Below, piece after piece: positions 1 to 11,689 of a stretch of DNA of 64,000 nucleotides; position 1 is the stretch's first letter; each line of letters starts with the position of its first letter. The position numbers and the translations under genes were made by a program. Source of the DNA: Octopus sinensis (Eukaryota); assembly GCF_006345805.1 (NCBI RefSeq), contig NC_043015.1, positions 31,496,001 to 31,560,000 of the forward strand. Direction: 5' to 3'. A model generated the notes under the pieces. It was not told where the DNA came from. It was given only the letters and a program-made list of their open reading frames with translations, and ran no database searches.

Positions 1-76
1 TCTATCCATCTGTCTATATTTTAACCTATCTGTCCATCTACATTTACACATACACACACATAAATAAATAGACATA

Positions 77-116
<40 letters not shown>

Positions 117-410
117 TATACAAGTATTAGCAATTCAAATTCCTCAGAAAGTTAACTTAAAATTAAAATTACAAAGTGAGATAGGGGCTGTGAGTGTAAC
201 CCTCTATGGGATAACATATATCCAATATACTGCCAGTAAAGCACCCAGTAATGCTAATACATAAATGCTAAGAATTGCAATGCAATTAATTCATTTATTG
301 TATTATATGGGCGAAGGTAAAATGTTTTACCTCAAATTCATAATACATGAATTGGTATTATCTAGTGGTTGATGATTGATTAAAATGTATTCCTTCATTT
401 TCTTATTTTG

Positions 411-448
<38 letters not shown>

Positions 449-625
449 ATATATATAAATGTATATAAATACATATATCTTTTATCTTTTACTTGTTTCA
501 ATCATTGGACTGTCAGCATGATGGGGAACCACCTTGAAAAATGTTAATCAAATAAATTAACCCCCATAACTTATTTTTATTTTATAATAATATAAATAAC
601 AGAAACTCATATCAAGGGGATATAT

Positions 626-626
<1 letters not shown>

Positions 627-681
<55 letters not shown>

Positions 682-1287
682 CATATATAAAATATAAATA
701 TATAACACACACACACACATATATATTTATATATAAACATATATATATAAAAATATATATATTAGTATATAAAGATACAGAAATACACACAATATATGTA
801 TATATAAATATAAACAGAAAATACACACATAATATATGTAATAGAAATTATAATAAAAACACACATATATATGTATATATAAATATACAGAAATACACAC
901 ATATATATATGTATATATAAATATATACAAAAACACCACATATATATGTATATATAATATATATAAAAACACACACATATATAAACACATATATATATTT
1001 ATACATAAACACCACACATATATAAACACATATATATATACATAAACACACATATATAAACACATATATATATTTATACATAAACACACATATATATATA
1101 AACATATATTATTATATCTATAAACATATATTTATATTATTATATAAACATATATTTATATATATTATAAACCATATTTATATATAATATATAAACATAT
1201 ATTTATATATATATATTAAACATATATTATATATATAAAACATATTTATATATTATAATAACATATATTAATATATAAACATATAGT

Positions 1288-1348
<61 letters not shown>

Positions 1349-1490
1349 AATAGATATATATCTACATAATTTATATATATATATAAACATATATATATAT
1401 ATATATACATATATTTATATATATATTTAAACCTATATTTATATATATATAAACATATATTTATATATATATATAAACATATATTATTAT

Positions 1491-1525
<35 letters not shown>

Positions 1526-1769
1526 AACATATATTTATATATATATCGCCATGTTGATTCGTTAGCTACTGCACGCATTTTTTTTCTCTCCTTCTTTCTG
1601 TGTTTTTCTCTCTCTGTGTATCTTCTGTTGAGAGCGTAGGCTCGAAACGTTAAAGACTTGTTTTATTTATATTTCCTGAGCGCCATACTAATACAATTGT
1701 TCGTTTGTTTTCCACCTGCCTTCATCTTTTGTTTATTTTCATAAAGCTTCCCGTTATATATATAAACAT

Positions 1770-1801
<32 letters not shown>

Positions 1802-1846
1802 AAACATATTATATATATATATATATATATATAGATATATAAACAA

Positions 1847-1885
<39 letters not shown>

Positions 1886-1975
1886 ATATATTTATATATA
1901 TATATATATATAAACATATATTTATATATATATATATATAAACATATATTTATATATATATATATATATATCTGT
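627..1975. repeat. Compound (TA)n / TATAAACA / CA-rich low-complexity satellite block
   Basis: Near-continuous TA dinucleotide and ATATAAACACAT-type units; source of the YIYI-type ORFs. Interrupted by a non-repetitive insert at about 1546-1755. Confidence 0.95.
1621..1656 (+). ncRNA. Minimal type I hammerhead-like motif (core variant) in a probable Penelope-like LTR remnant
   Basis: TCTT-CTGTTGA-GAG-CGTAGG-CTC-GAAA-CG-TT-AAAGA. Stem II GAG/CTC is perfect and stem III is a minimal AACGTT palindrome. A6 is replaced by T and stem I is imperfect. Confidence 0.45.
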
Positions 1976-1980
1976 GTGCA

Positions 1981-2700
1981 TGCCCAACAGAGTTTAAGTA
2001 CCTTGAGAGAAAAGTTGGACCTAAATTAGCATCAGATGTGGTATGCAAGAGAGTTGACTGTTCTGGTATGGTCATGTGTGAAAAAGTGCCACACCCTAGC
2101 AGTTGAGGTAGACCAAGGAAGACCTGGGTTGAGGTGGTGAGGCACGACCTTCAAACATTGGACCATAACCTCGTGGCCTATGCTAGGGGTGTAACCAGCC
2201 CACTTATGCGTAACTTTCTTTCATTGGACACTAAACTCTGCTAGCAAAGACCTGTTGATGCAAGTGAAATCGGAATAAAAATCAAAATCAAATTTGATGA
2301 CTGGCATCCGTGCTAGTGGAATGCTAAGAGCACCATCCGAGCATGGCCATTGCCAGAGCAGCTAACTGGCTTCCGTTCCGGTGGCACATAAAAAGCACCA
2401 TTTGAGAGAGATCATTACCAGTGTTGCCTCACTGGCATTTGTGCCAGTGGCACGTGAAAAAACATTTGAGCGAGGTCATTGCCAGTGGCACTGGAGTGGC
2501 TTCTGTGCAGGTGGCACATAAAAGCACCCACTACACTCTTGGAGTGGTTGGCGTTAGGAAGGGCATCAAGCTGTAGAATCTGCAGATCTGCCGGATCTGA
2601 TTGGATCCTGGTGCAGCCATCTAGTTCGCCAGTCCTCAGTCAAATCGTCCAACCCATGTTAGCATGGAAAGCAGACGTTAAACGATGATGATGATGATGA
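1981..2700 (+). mobile_element. RTE-clade LINE 3' end (degenerate C-terminal coding plus 3' UTR, (GAT)n tail)
   Basis: Degenerate ...WYGHV... and GRPRKTWVEVVRHDL coding remnants, then GTGGCAC-AAAAGCACC subrepeats, GGAAGGGCATC, and GACGTTAAACGATGATGATG tail. Further copies lie at 26460-26700, 31080-31260, 34920-35160, 42270-42585, 49585-49740 (+) and 23640-23850, 35850-36600, 45565-45840, 47430-47780 (-). Confidence 0.8.
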
Positions 2701-2831
2701 TATATATATATAGATAGATTCAGAAGAATATGGTACTTAAGTTGAGGCACCAGAATTTAGTTGGTATTATCCATACAATTTCAAAGTAAGGTGATTAAAA
2801 TCAAAATAAGCAACAAGGATATCCAGAAGTA

Positions 2832-2920
2832 ATGCAGTACGATCGTTTCATGCAACTCCATTTAATTGAACAATGCAATAATTACATCAATTTAAAATGC
2901 AAAGCAATCCTCAGCTGCAC
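2832..2920 (-). ncRNA. Type I hammerhead ribozyme candidate with extended stem II
   Basis: Minus strand reads GTGCAG-CTGAGGA-TTGC...(about 60 nt)...GCAT-GAAA-CGATCG-TA-CTGCAT. Stem I TGCAG/CTGCA is perfect, the core is CUGAGGA + GAAA, stem III is the CGATCG palindrome, and the triplet is GUA. The first stem II pair is a U-U mismatch. Confidence 0.6.
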
Positions 2921-3820
2921 AAAGACATAGAATTTAATTAAATTAGAACAGATGGACACATTAGTAAAATTATACCTAAAATCTCCAAGAAGTTAAGGAG
3001 ATAGACAAAGAACATGCTGTCTCACACCAGTTTAGAAGTTACTGAATTTTCAAGAAGATATACATAGTTACAGACTCTGCCTGTCACTGATTTTTTTGTT
3101 TATATGGGGTCAGTTTTAATTTATATACTAGTTTATCAAATCCCTTGTATATCAAAGGCTGAGAGAACGGAGGGCAGTGTCTGTTAGGGATAGGGCTGAG
3201 GGAGCAGACAGACATCATAGTTGGTACAGTCATAAAAATCAAAATTTATTAGAAGTAATAACATGAGATTTGGTAAAGGAAAACTTAAAACAAGACATTA
3301 GCTGATAATTAAGGGGGTCGCCACTAGCAGATCGTTGATAATGAAACAGGGGAAGTCTTATCATGTAGTATAGTTAAATATTTTAAATAAAGTTGCTATA
3401 TTGTATACAGTTAAAGTTTAGGGTTAGTCAAAGGATTATTAAGAAGAATATTATAACAAAAGGATAGAAATTTATGAATACTTTTGAGTATATACCAAAC
3501 TTTTACACAATAGAGGGAAGAAAAGAAATTATCCAGAAATAGTTTAATATTTATACATATTGTACACTTAAATACTAACTCATCAGATGGTATCTGTGGA
3601 TATTGATTAATTGGTATATACTGGTATTAACAAAGGAGTATTGAGTATTCCCATGTTGTTCTGAGTTCAGTCCTACCGCATGGCACCGTCTACTATAGTC
3701 TCAGGCCGACCAAAGCCTTTTAAAGTAGATTTGGTAGACTGAAACTGAAAGAAGTCCATTGTATGTATATATATAAATTTCCAGATTAAAACTGGATATA
3801 AATCTCTATTCTCCTTTATT

Positions 3821-3871
<51 letters not shown>

Positions 3872-3996
3872 ATAATAATAATAATAACAATAGTAATAAT
3901 AATAATAGGGAATATTATTCCAAACTTACAGGGAAAAATTCAATTTAGAAATACTAAATCAAATTTCACAAAATATAATATATATATATATATTAT

Positions 3997-4035
<39 letters not shown>

Positions 4036-4039
<4 letters not shown>

Positions 4040-4296
4040 AAACCTACCTTTTATCAATTCAACAATGAAAATATCAAATTATACCATATAGAAAAAAATT
4101 ACATCTTATAGAAAAATTAAATATAAAATAAAAACATATACTAATGATTAAGTAATGTGCAAAATAATAAATAAAATGTATATATTTGGCAGTATATGTT
4201 TTTATCTTATATTTAATTTTTCTATAAGATGTAATTTTTTCCTATATGGCATAATTTTATTTTTTCATTGTTGAATTGATAAAAGGTGGTTTTTTT
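4036..4296. repeat. Fold-back inverted repeat, arms about 105 bp, loop about 48 bp
   Basis: 4036-4142 (ACCTACCTTTTATCAATTCAACAATGAAAA...AAAACATATACT) is the reverse complement of 4191-4296. A related sequence lies inverted at 28431-28680. Confidence 0.85.
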
Positions 4297-4327
4297 CTAA
4301 TTTATATATACATACATACACACATAC

Positions 4328-4398
<71 letters not shown>

Positions 4399-4626
4399 CA
4401 TACACACATACTCATAACTTGACCCTTCCACAACTTGACAACTGGTGTTGGTGCGTTTACATCCCTGAAACAATGGTTCAGCAAAAGAGACCAGTATAAT
4501 AAGTACCAGGCTTTAAAAATTAAGTACTGGGTTGATTTATTTAACTAGAATTCTTCAAGGCAGTGCCCCATCATGGCCACAGTCTGATGACTGAAATGAG
4601 TAAAAGGAAAAAAAGTTACACACACA

Positions 4627-4666
<40 letters not shown>

Positions 4667-4699
4667 TCAATTTGGTTAGGTTCCCACATGGTTGTCAAA

Positions 4700-5290
4700 G
4701 ACAAAGCCATTTCAACAATAATCTCAATCCATCATCGCCATCTCCAGTTTATGGATAGAATCTAACCCTGTGTCCTCTTTTAGGTTGTCTATAAATGTCA
4801 CACAAGCATCTCCCAAGCTTGCCGATACCATGCTGTGAGCTGCAGAGTACGAGTTTTGGTGCTTCTTCTTCCTAGCTCTGCATGCAGTGACCTGATATGT
4901 GAAGAGGTCATTCTTTGATCTTGTTGGTCATTTTTGGGATGGCTTCTATAGAGGTGGTCATTGGTCATGTGCTGTTGTCGTTTCACATCAAGGGCCATTT
5001 GTAGTGTCCTTTTGTAGCAGCCACCTAAACTCTCTTCTTTGCTTGCTTTGTAAGGGTCCATGTTTCACAGCCGTAGAAGAGCACTGACTCAACAGTGGCA
5101 AAGAACAGTTTGATTTTTGCTCCCCTTCTCAGGTTTCACTTTGATATTCTCTTGAGTTTGTGACATGCCATCCAAGCTTGTACTAAATGTCTTTGGTGTC
5201 AGCATCAGAGCAGTTTACCCAACTACCAAGATACACAAAACCCCTTAATGGAGTTAATTTTTGGTCTGTTCATTGTATGTCTGTGTAAAA
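4700..5290 (-). mobile_element. RTE-X-like LINE reverse transcriptase/C-terminal fragment (degenerate)
   Basis: Minus-strand peptides GFVYLGS, LGGCYKRTLQMALDVKRQQHMTNDHLY and TFIDNLKEDTGL match the RTE C-terminal pattern; contains stops and frameshifts. Confidence 0.75.
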
Positions 5291-6860
5291 CAAAATGGGA
5301 AACGACTGAGCTGTGAGCCCAGGTTGACGACCCCTTAGAGTCCTCATCTTTAGCAGGGTTTGAAGTCAGCTGGTGAAGAACTAAAAACAATTACCACAAG
5401 GGATTTTGTTTCGTACTGTAATGATTCTGCTGAAGGATTTCCAATAGAGACACAGACACAAGTCCCTTATGTGTGTGTGTATGTATGTCTAGGTGTGTGT
5501 GTATGGTAGTGGTGGTGATGCTGAAGATTAGAAGCTTAAATTGATTCTGAGAGAATGAAAGGCAAAATTAATCTGGGCAGGATTTGAACTTAAAACAAAG
5601 AAATTTAAGTAAATGTTTAAAGCAGCTCCACTGATTCTTTCATTCTAATAACATATTGATATTATTATTATTTTTTCCTTCTTTCTTCAAATTTTCTTCC
5701 GTTTCTCACTGAGTGCTTTCCGTACACCTATTTCAGGCCTTGTGCCTATAGTAGAAAGGATTATTATTATTATTAATAATAATAATAATAATCCTTTCTA
5801 CTATAGGCACAAGACCTGAAATTTTATGGGGAGGGGACTAGTCAATTTCATTGACCCCAGTACTAAACTGGTACTTATTTTATTGACCCTGAAAAATGAA
5901 AAGCAAAGTCGACCTCAGTGGAATTTGAACATGGAACCATAAAACCAGAAGAAATGTTGCAAAGCATTTTGTCTGGTGTATTAACTATTCTGCCTGCTCT
6001 CATTATTATTATTATGCTTGTGAATGCTAATTTAGTCAGCAGGTACCTTATCTTGATGTATGGTGACAACAGGTCTCCTCAAATCTCAAGAACCTTACTT
6101 AGGATTCTTGCAGAATATGGAATGGTTCTTTTCTGCTGGTCAACCATGCAAGTTTCAATTCTAATCTCTTTCAGTAATTGGCATCATAGCATTATTATTG
6201 CGGTGGCATTAGGGTGGCCAGCCCACAGAATTGTTGGCCTGTCAGACAAAATGCTTAACAGCTTTTCACCCATCTTTATGTTCTGAGTTGAAATTCTGTT
6301 GAGGTCAACTTTGCCTTTCATCCTTTCGGTAAGTTCAGGGGAGTGGGTAAGGTAAATTGATTACATTAACTCCAGTGCTCATCTGGTACTTAATTTATTG
6401 ACCCTGAAAGGTTGAAAGGCAAAGTCGGGTTAGGGTTAGGGGTGGGAGAAAAGGGTTTCTGTTATCTTCAGAAATGTAAACAAAGTCACGTGTGTACCTA
6501 TACCGAAGGTTCGCCACTTTGTGTTTTTGTGTTTTATTTACTTTGCTAGGTAGTCGTTGTAGGATCGACTAGTCACGACCAGCTAGCGCGGATGCGCCAG
6601 TACGCGAGTGCGCACACCGGGACCACTCTTCTTAAGTAGTACCTTTTCGCGGAATTAGATCGGTGTCCCTGTAACGAAGAAGTTTGTCGTATATTGTATT
6701 TTGTTTATATACATACACGGAGAAAGAGAGAAAGTAACAGGTTGACTGATATCCACGAATACGTTGATGGTGCCTCTACAATCTGTATCTAATAATGGTA
6801 TTATATTTATTTAGTCAGGAATGCAACGTTTGTACAAGTCGTTGTATTTCTGAGAATCAA

Positions 6861-8460
6861 TCAAGTTTCTTGACTTGCTTCATGATTCACTTTCCTTCGA
6901 AAATAATCTTTTAAAAAACACAATGCATTCAGTGTTTTACCTGACAAACTTGTCCTAATTTTTGTGTTGAAAAGTTCAGTAATTGAAAAAGCTCTTTCCG
7001 ACTGGTCACTAGATGCTTTAGTTGTAAGCAATCTCTCTATATAAAGCTGAAGTTGTCTGTGTATGGCAGGTTTGGTAGCCTTCAACTAACACTATCTCCT
7101 CCGAGACCCTGCAGCGCAAGTTGACCAAAATTGAAAGTATGATAGAAGAAGGCTTGCTCTTCATTCCGTAGAAGAAAAAATTCAAATCGGACCATGTTAA
7201 CACCAAAAATTATTTACATAAAAAAGGTGCTTTTTTTCTATGAAAATCACTATTTTTTTACGATTTTTTGACAGCTGTGTCGTCATTTTTCGGTGTATTT
7301 CAACCAGAAAAATGTTTACCTAAAGAGAATAACAAGCTACATAATGCAAAATTATTACTTTTCAAAAATTCCAATTCTAAATGGTCGAAACAAACCCGAG
7401 CAATGCCGGGCGATACTGCTAGTGTTCTATAAAGTTTCTCGAGCTTTTCACTTCTGTTCGAAGTTGCTACAAAATATTCGAATTCTTTAGAGATTTCAAA
7501 TCCATCTGTTACCATCTTGGGCTCTTCATTCATTTTCTTCATTGCGCTTGTGTATTCACGAATGAGTCCATTACCTTCACAAGTAGATGGGACAACAGTA
7601 ACACTTGTTTTTAGGTTTCCTCCTATTTCATTTTCTTTGTATAATTCTGTTGTGTTCCCAGCATCATGTTCAGGAAATAATCTCCTATATGTTTGTTCAG
7701 CATACTTCCTTAAATATTGTTTCGTTATAAAAAGAAAAGGTCCAGATATTGACTCACCTTTAAACTTCCTTGGGTTATGTAAATACCTCAAGAGAGTCAA
7801 GCTTTCGACATTTCTTCTCTTATTATATCTATGCAGAAGTCTTTCACGAAGATTTAAAGCCAAAGGGTTTTATTATTCAATAAAAATTCTAAAGAAAATT
7901 CCGCTTTCGGTAAACCCGTATCATCAGCGCAAAAAGCCTTCAAAATCATTTCTACTGGAAGCAGAATTTCATATAGTAAATCGAGAGATTTCCATTCTTC
8001 GTCAGCGAAGGGCATCTGTGGAAAGTTCTGCTCGTAGAGCATTTGGAATACAGCTTTTCAATTCCCAAAAATCTCTCAATCATATGGAATATGCCATTCC
8101 ACCCAGTTCTGCAATCCAGTATAAGTTTATATTCTCTGTTATCAAAGTTCGCTCGTACAGAATCTTGCAAAATTTCATTTTTTGTAGGAGATTTACGGAA
8201 AAGTTTTGAAATTTTTCTTACCTTATTTAAAACTTTGTTAAATTCAGGTTTTGGCTGAGGAAAACAAGCATTTTCGTGAGCCAAATCTGTTTGACAAAGT
8301 ATGTCTTGTTGGCTTATGTCAGCTTCATCATCACTGTCGTCTGTTATGGCGATCACTGTCGTCTGTTATAGCGATCTCTTCACTTTTTTTTATCAAAAAA
8401 TCTGGAACTGGTTATTATTACATATGCTCAACGGGAAAGATTACCCGACTGAAAACTAAC
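6861..8460 (-). pseudogene. hAT-family transposase pseudogene (frameshifted, Helitron-interrupted)
   Basis: Motifs KLILDCRTGWNGIFHMIERFL (hAT LDxxTRWNS), LLPVEMILKAFCADD, and the C-terminal dimerisation motif SERAFS...RTSLSGKTLNALCFLK, spread over three frames. A 22-bp tandem duplication lies at 8331-8374. Confidence 0.9.
7032..7432 (+). mobile_element. Non-autonomous Helitron, complete, 401 bp
   Basis: Has a 5' TC (TCTCTCTATATAAAG), a subterminal hairpin CCCG-AGCAATGC-CGGG (7395-7410) and a 3' CTAG. It sits between A7031 and T7433. Removing it restores the hAT frame EKLYRTLLTTKASSDQSERAFS. Confidence 0.9.
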
Positions 8461-8721
8461 AGCATCCCCTTGACTTGCTATGAATAAACTGTGTTACCTG
8501 CAAATTCAAAGAGTCAGCCGGGGGTTACCGAAGGAGATGACAAGGTGCTGATCTAAGGTTCATGGGGAAAGAAGGTGAGAATTGATATGTTGCGATACGT
8601 TTCAACGAAACAGACAACTAAAGGCGACCGACAACAGTTCAGTTAATTCAGTTTCAACGATATTTCTTGAAAAGAAAAAATGGAGAAATGTTTTGCGAAA
8701 AAAAGAAAAGAAAAAGAAAGA

Positions 8722-8904
8722 AGACCGGCACATTAAAAAAAATAGTTATTTGTAACTAAACACTTTTAAACTTCGTATACTGGTAGAATGTGTTACATAA
8801 AACATCTTTTATTGAAAAGATCCGAAACAGCAAGCCTTAAAATCGGTTTTGGCAAATCGGTTTCGGTTTTACTGATCATAATATAAAACCGTTTTCGAGG
8901 CCTA
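8722..8904. mobile_element. DNA transposon terminal remnants
   Basis: 8722-8815 is homologous to the left end of the TIR element at 62579. 8821-8904 has clustered AAACCG/CGGTTT motifs and reads TAGGCCTCGAAAACGG on the minus strand, a possible hAT end; the partner end was not found. Confidence 0.4.
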
Positions 8905-9239
8905 GTGCTAATAATGCTGCCAGCACAAAGCTACTAATTTTGTGAAAATAGAACATTTCACTAAATTGCCTCTAGTGTTCAACTGGTATCATTTCATTAA
9001 TCCCTCTCCCAAATGCAGAGGGGCAATTAGTACAATTGACTTTGTCAGAATTCGAACTTTCACTGTAAAGGAACATAACTAAATACTGCATATTTCGTTT
9101 TGGGATTTGGTTTGCAGGATTCTTTATATGAGTTCGTGTTTTGAAGCATATTCTGCTGTGTCTGGGGAGAGTAATTTTCTTTTTGTGACTTATAATTTAA
9201 ATATAAATATGGGCTTAGGCCATATTAAATTTTAGGGAG

Positions 9240-9285
<46 letters not shown>

Positions 9286-9525
9286 CATATATTCATACGC
9301 ATTTATTGCTACATACACACACATTAATCTATCACATATGCATACAGCTATATACACATGCATTAATACACACACACGCACACTCACACACACACATATA
9401 TATATATGTATACAGATATTTGTGTGAGTGTGCATATTCTAAAAAAAAATAGAATATATGTGTGTGTGTGTATATATATACACATACACACACATATTTT
9501 ATTTTATTTAAAAAAAATATATATA

Positions 9526-9563
<38 letters not shown>

Positions 9564-9570
9564 CTCAAAA

Positions 9571-9822
9571 TATGACTCCGATAATTTGGTACGATCGTTT
9601 CGTACTACATAATTTTATTAAATGTTGTAAGTATTACAACAGATTTTAAGATGCCAAAGTGGCAACATTATAATGTTGCCACTTGATTTGAAAATTTTTG
9701 TATTAATGGAAAACCTCTATAATTGGCTGATGAGTACTCAGCCTCTTGAATCTGTTGTAATACTTACAACATTTAATAAAATGATGTAGTACGAAACGAT
9801 TGTATCAAATTACCGGAGTCAT
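9571..9822. repeat. Fold-back element with about 80-bp arms and an internal perfect 28-bp palindrome
   Basis: 9571-9651 is the reverse complement of 9744-9822 with few mismatches. AAGTGGCAACATTATAATGTTGCCACTT lies in the loop. Confidence 0.9.
9721..9811 (+). ncRNA. Type I hammerhead ribozyme candidate with intact catalytic core and extended stem II
   Basis: AATTGG-CTGATGA(9727-33)-GTACT...AGTAC(9788-92)-GAAA-CGATTG-TA|TCAAATT. The CUGAUGA/GAAA core is canonical, G10.1-C11.1 pairs, and the predicted cut is after 9804. The stem II loop contains the hairpin TGTTGTAA-TAC-TTACAACA. Confidence 0.7.
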
Positions 9823-9940
9823 TCTTGTTGCTCATTTTGATTATAATCACCCCACAAATTTTTAGGGATGACACCATACAAAATTCTGGTGCATCTAAAT
9901 TAAGTACCATATTCATTTGAATCTAAATTTTTGCTGAACT

Positions 9941-10030
<90 letters not shown>

Positions 10031-10325
10031 CACACACAGACACATATTCACGTGCACATGCATGCATACACACATGTGCATACACATTCAAACATATACC
10101 CACATACTTACACACACACACACACGCGCGCGTGCGCAAACTAAATTGCAGCTATATTCATACTCCCAGGGAAAAACCCAGATATGCCAGGGCCATTGTG
10201 TTGTTGAAGACTCTGGGGATTCTAAGCTTCACAAGATGATAAATGGTTGTCAGAGTGTCACCAGCTTCACTTCTGGTAATAAATGATTGTAAAGGCAACT
10301 CCTCTGTTTTGTCACCATTATCCTT

Positions 10326-10825
10326 GTCATAACCACCACCACCACAATTACCACCACCGCTGCCTCCACCGCCATTACCACCACCACCACAATTACCACC
10401 ACCGCTGCCTCCACCGCCATTACCACCACCACCACCACCACCACCACCACCACTACAATTACCACCACCGCTACCTCCACCGCCATTACCACCACCACCA
10501 CAATTACCACCACCGCTGCCTCCACCGCCATTACCACCACCACCACCACCACCACCACCACTACAATTACCACCACCGCTGCCTCCACCGCCATTACCAC
10601 CACCACCACCATCGGTGCCACCACTGCCATTACCACCACCACCACCACAATTACCACCACTGCTACCTCCACCGCCATTACCACCACCACCGCTGCCTCC
10701 ACCGCCATTACCACCACCACCACCACCACCACAATTAACACCACCGCTGCCTCCACCGCCATTACCACCACCACCACCACCACCACCACCACCGCTGTCA
10801 CCTCCACCTCCATTACCACCACCAC
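10326..10825. repeat. CAC-based minisatellite with 45-60 bp units
   Basis: Unit CACCACCACCACAATTACCACCACCGCTGCCTCCACCGCCATTAC, repeated about 10 times with variable (CAC)n. Confidence 0.9.
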
Positions 10826-10879
10826 AAGCCAGACCTAGTGGTGGTGGACAAGGTGAACCCGCTTGTTCTATATAACTGA

Positions 10880-11140
10880 TGTTGCATACTTCTTTGACCT
10901 ATGAATAGTCTAGGAGAGAGGAGAAAAGTCCTCTTAAGTATGGAATAGCCCAGCTATGGAAAATGAAGGTGAAGATAGTATGAATTATAGTTGGGTCTTT
11001 GAGAACAGTATCAGAAAACATCAGAAGGAATATAAAAGAAATTGAAATAGAGTGCCCAGTAGAGCTGTGACAAAAGGTTTGCCTCCTTGGCATGGCTGGA
11101 ACCATCAGCAAAGTTGTAGATAGTTGAAAAGAATAGGTAG
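10880..11140 (-). mobile_element. CR1/Jockey-like LINE 3' remnant
   Basis: Degenerate C-terminal pattern shared with 57080-57530; many stops. Confidence 0.45.
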
Positions 11141-11145
11141 AACAT

Positions 11146-11543
11146 AGGCGCAGGAGTGGCTGTGTGGTAAGTAGCTTGCTAACCAACCACATGGTTCCGG
11201 GTTCAGTCCCACTGCGTGGCATCTTGGGCAAGTATCTTCTGCTATAGCCCTGGGCCGACTAATGCCTTGTGAGCGGATTTGGTAGACGGAAACTGAAAGA
11301 AGCCTGTCGTATATATGTATATGTATGTATGTGTTTGTGTGTCTGTGTTTGTACCCCTAGCATTGCTTGACAACCGATGCTGGTGTGTTTACGTCCCTGT
11401 CACTTAGCGGTTCGGCAAAAGAGACCGATAGAATAAGTACTGGGCTTACAAAGAATAAGTCCCAGGGTCGATTTGTTCGACTAAAGGCGGTGCTCCAGCA
11501 TGGCTGCAGTCAAATGACTGAAACAAGTAAAAGAGTAAAAGAG
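11146..11543 (+). mobile_element. tRNA-headed SINE family 1, near full length
   Basis: Head AGGCGCAGGAGTGGCTGTGTGGTAAG...GGTTCAGTCCC (A/B-box-like), internal (TA/TG)n, and GTAAAAGA tail. Other copies lie at 44980-45333, 55483-55885, 44135-44660 (+) and 12040-12790, 30331-30777, 53850-54040 (-). Confidence 0.85.
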
Positions 11544-11689
11544 AGTAGAGAGAGGTAAGCTTGTACCATAGGCTGCAGCTAGTAAGCCCATTATGGCTGT
11601 GATACTCCAGGCATTCCAATAAAACTTGTGTTAAAAAGAATAATAATAATAATAATTCTGGATTCAGAATTGCCCTGACTACCAAGAAC

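Noticed and set aside
557-1917. Numerous long YIYI/VCVC/HTHT ORFs here and at 9232-10286, 19816-20314, 37150-38315, 43660-44521, 48568-48967, 63135-63736
   Set aside because: They are translations of di- and tetranucleotide microsatellites that lack stop codons; there is no coding signal.
4138-4185. Hammerhead-like remnants here (CTAATGA...AAAATGTA) and at 28440-28490, 3540-3595, 27520-27575 and 40769-40890
   Set aside because: Each has two or more core positions broken, or lacks GAAA or stems; too degenerate to call.
6427-6445. Telomere or interstitial telomeric array
   Set aside because: Only about 2.5 TTAGGG units; similar short motifs occur inside a MITE at 62870.
7517-8209. 230-aa plus-strand ORF
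   Set aside because: Antisense shadow of the hAT transposase remnant.
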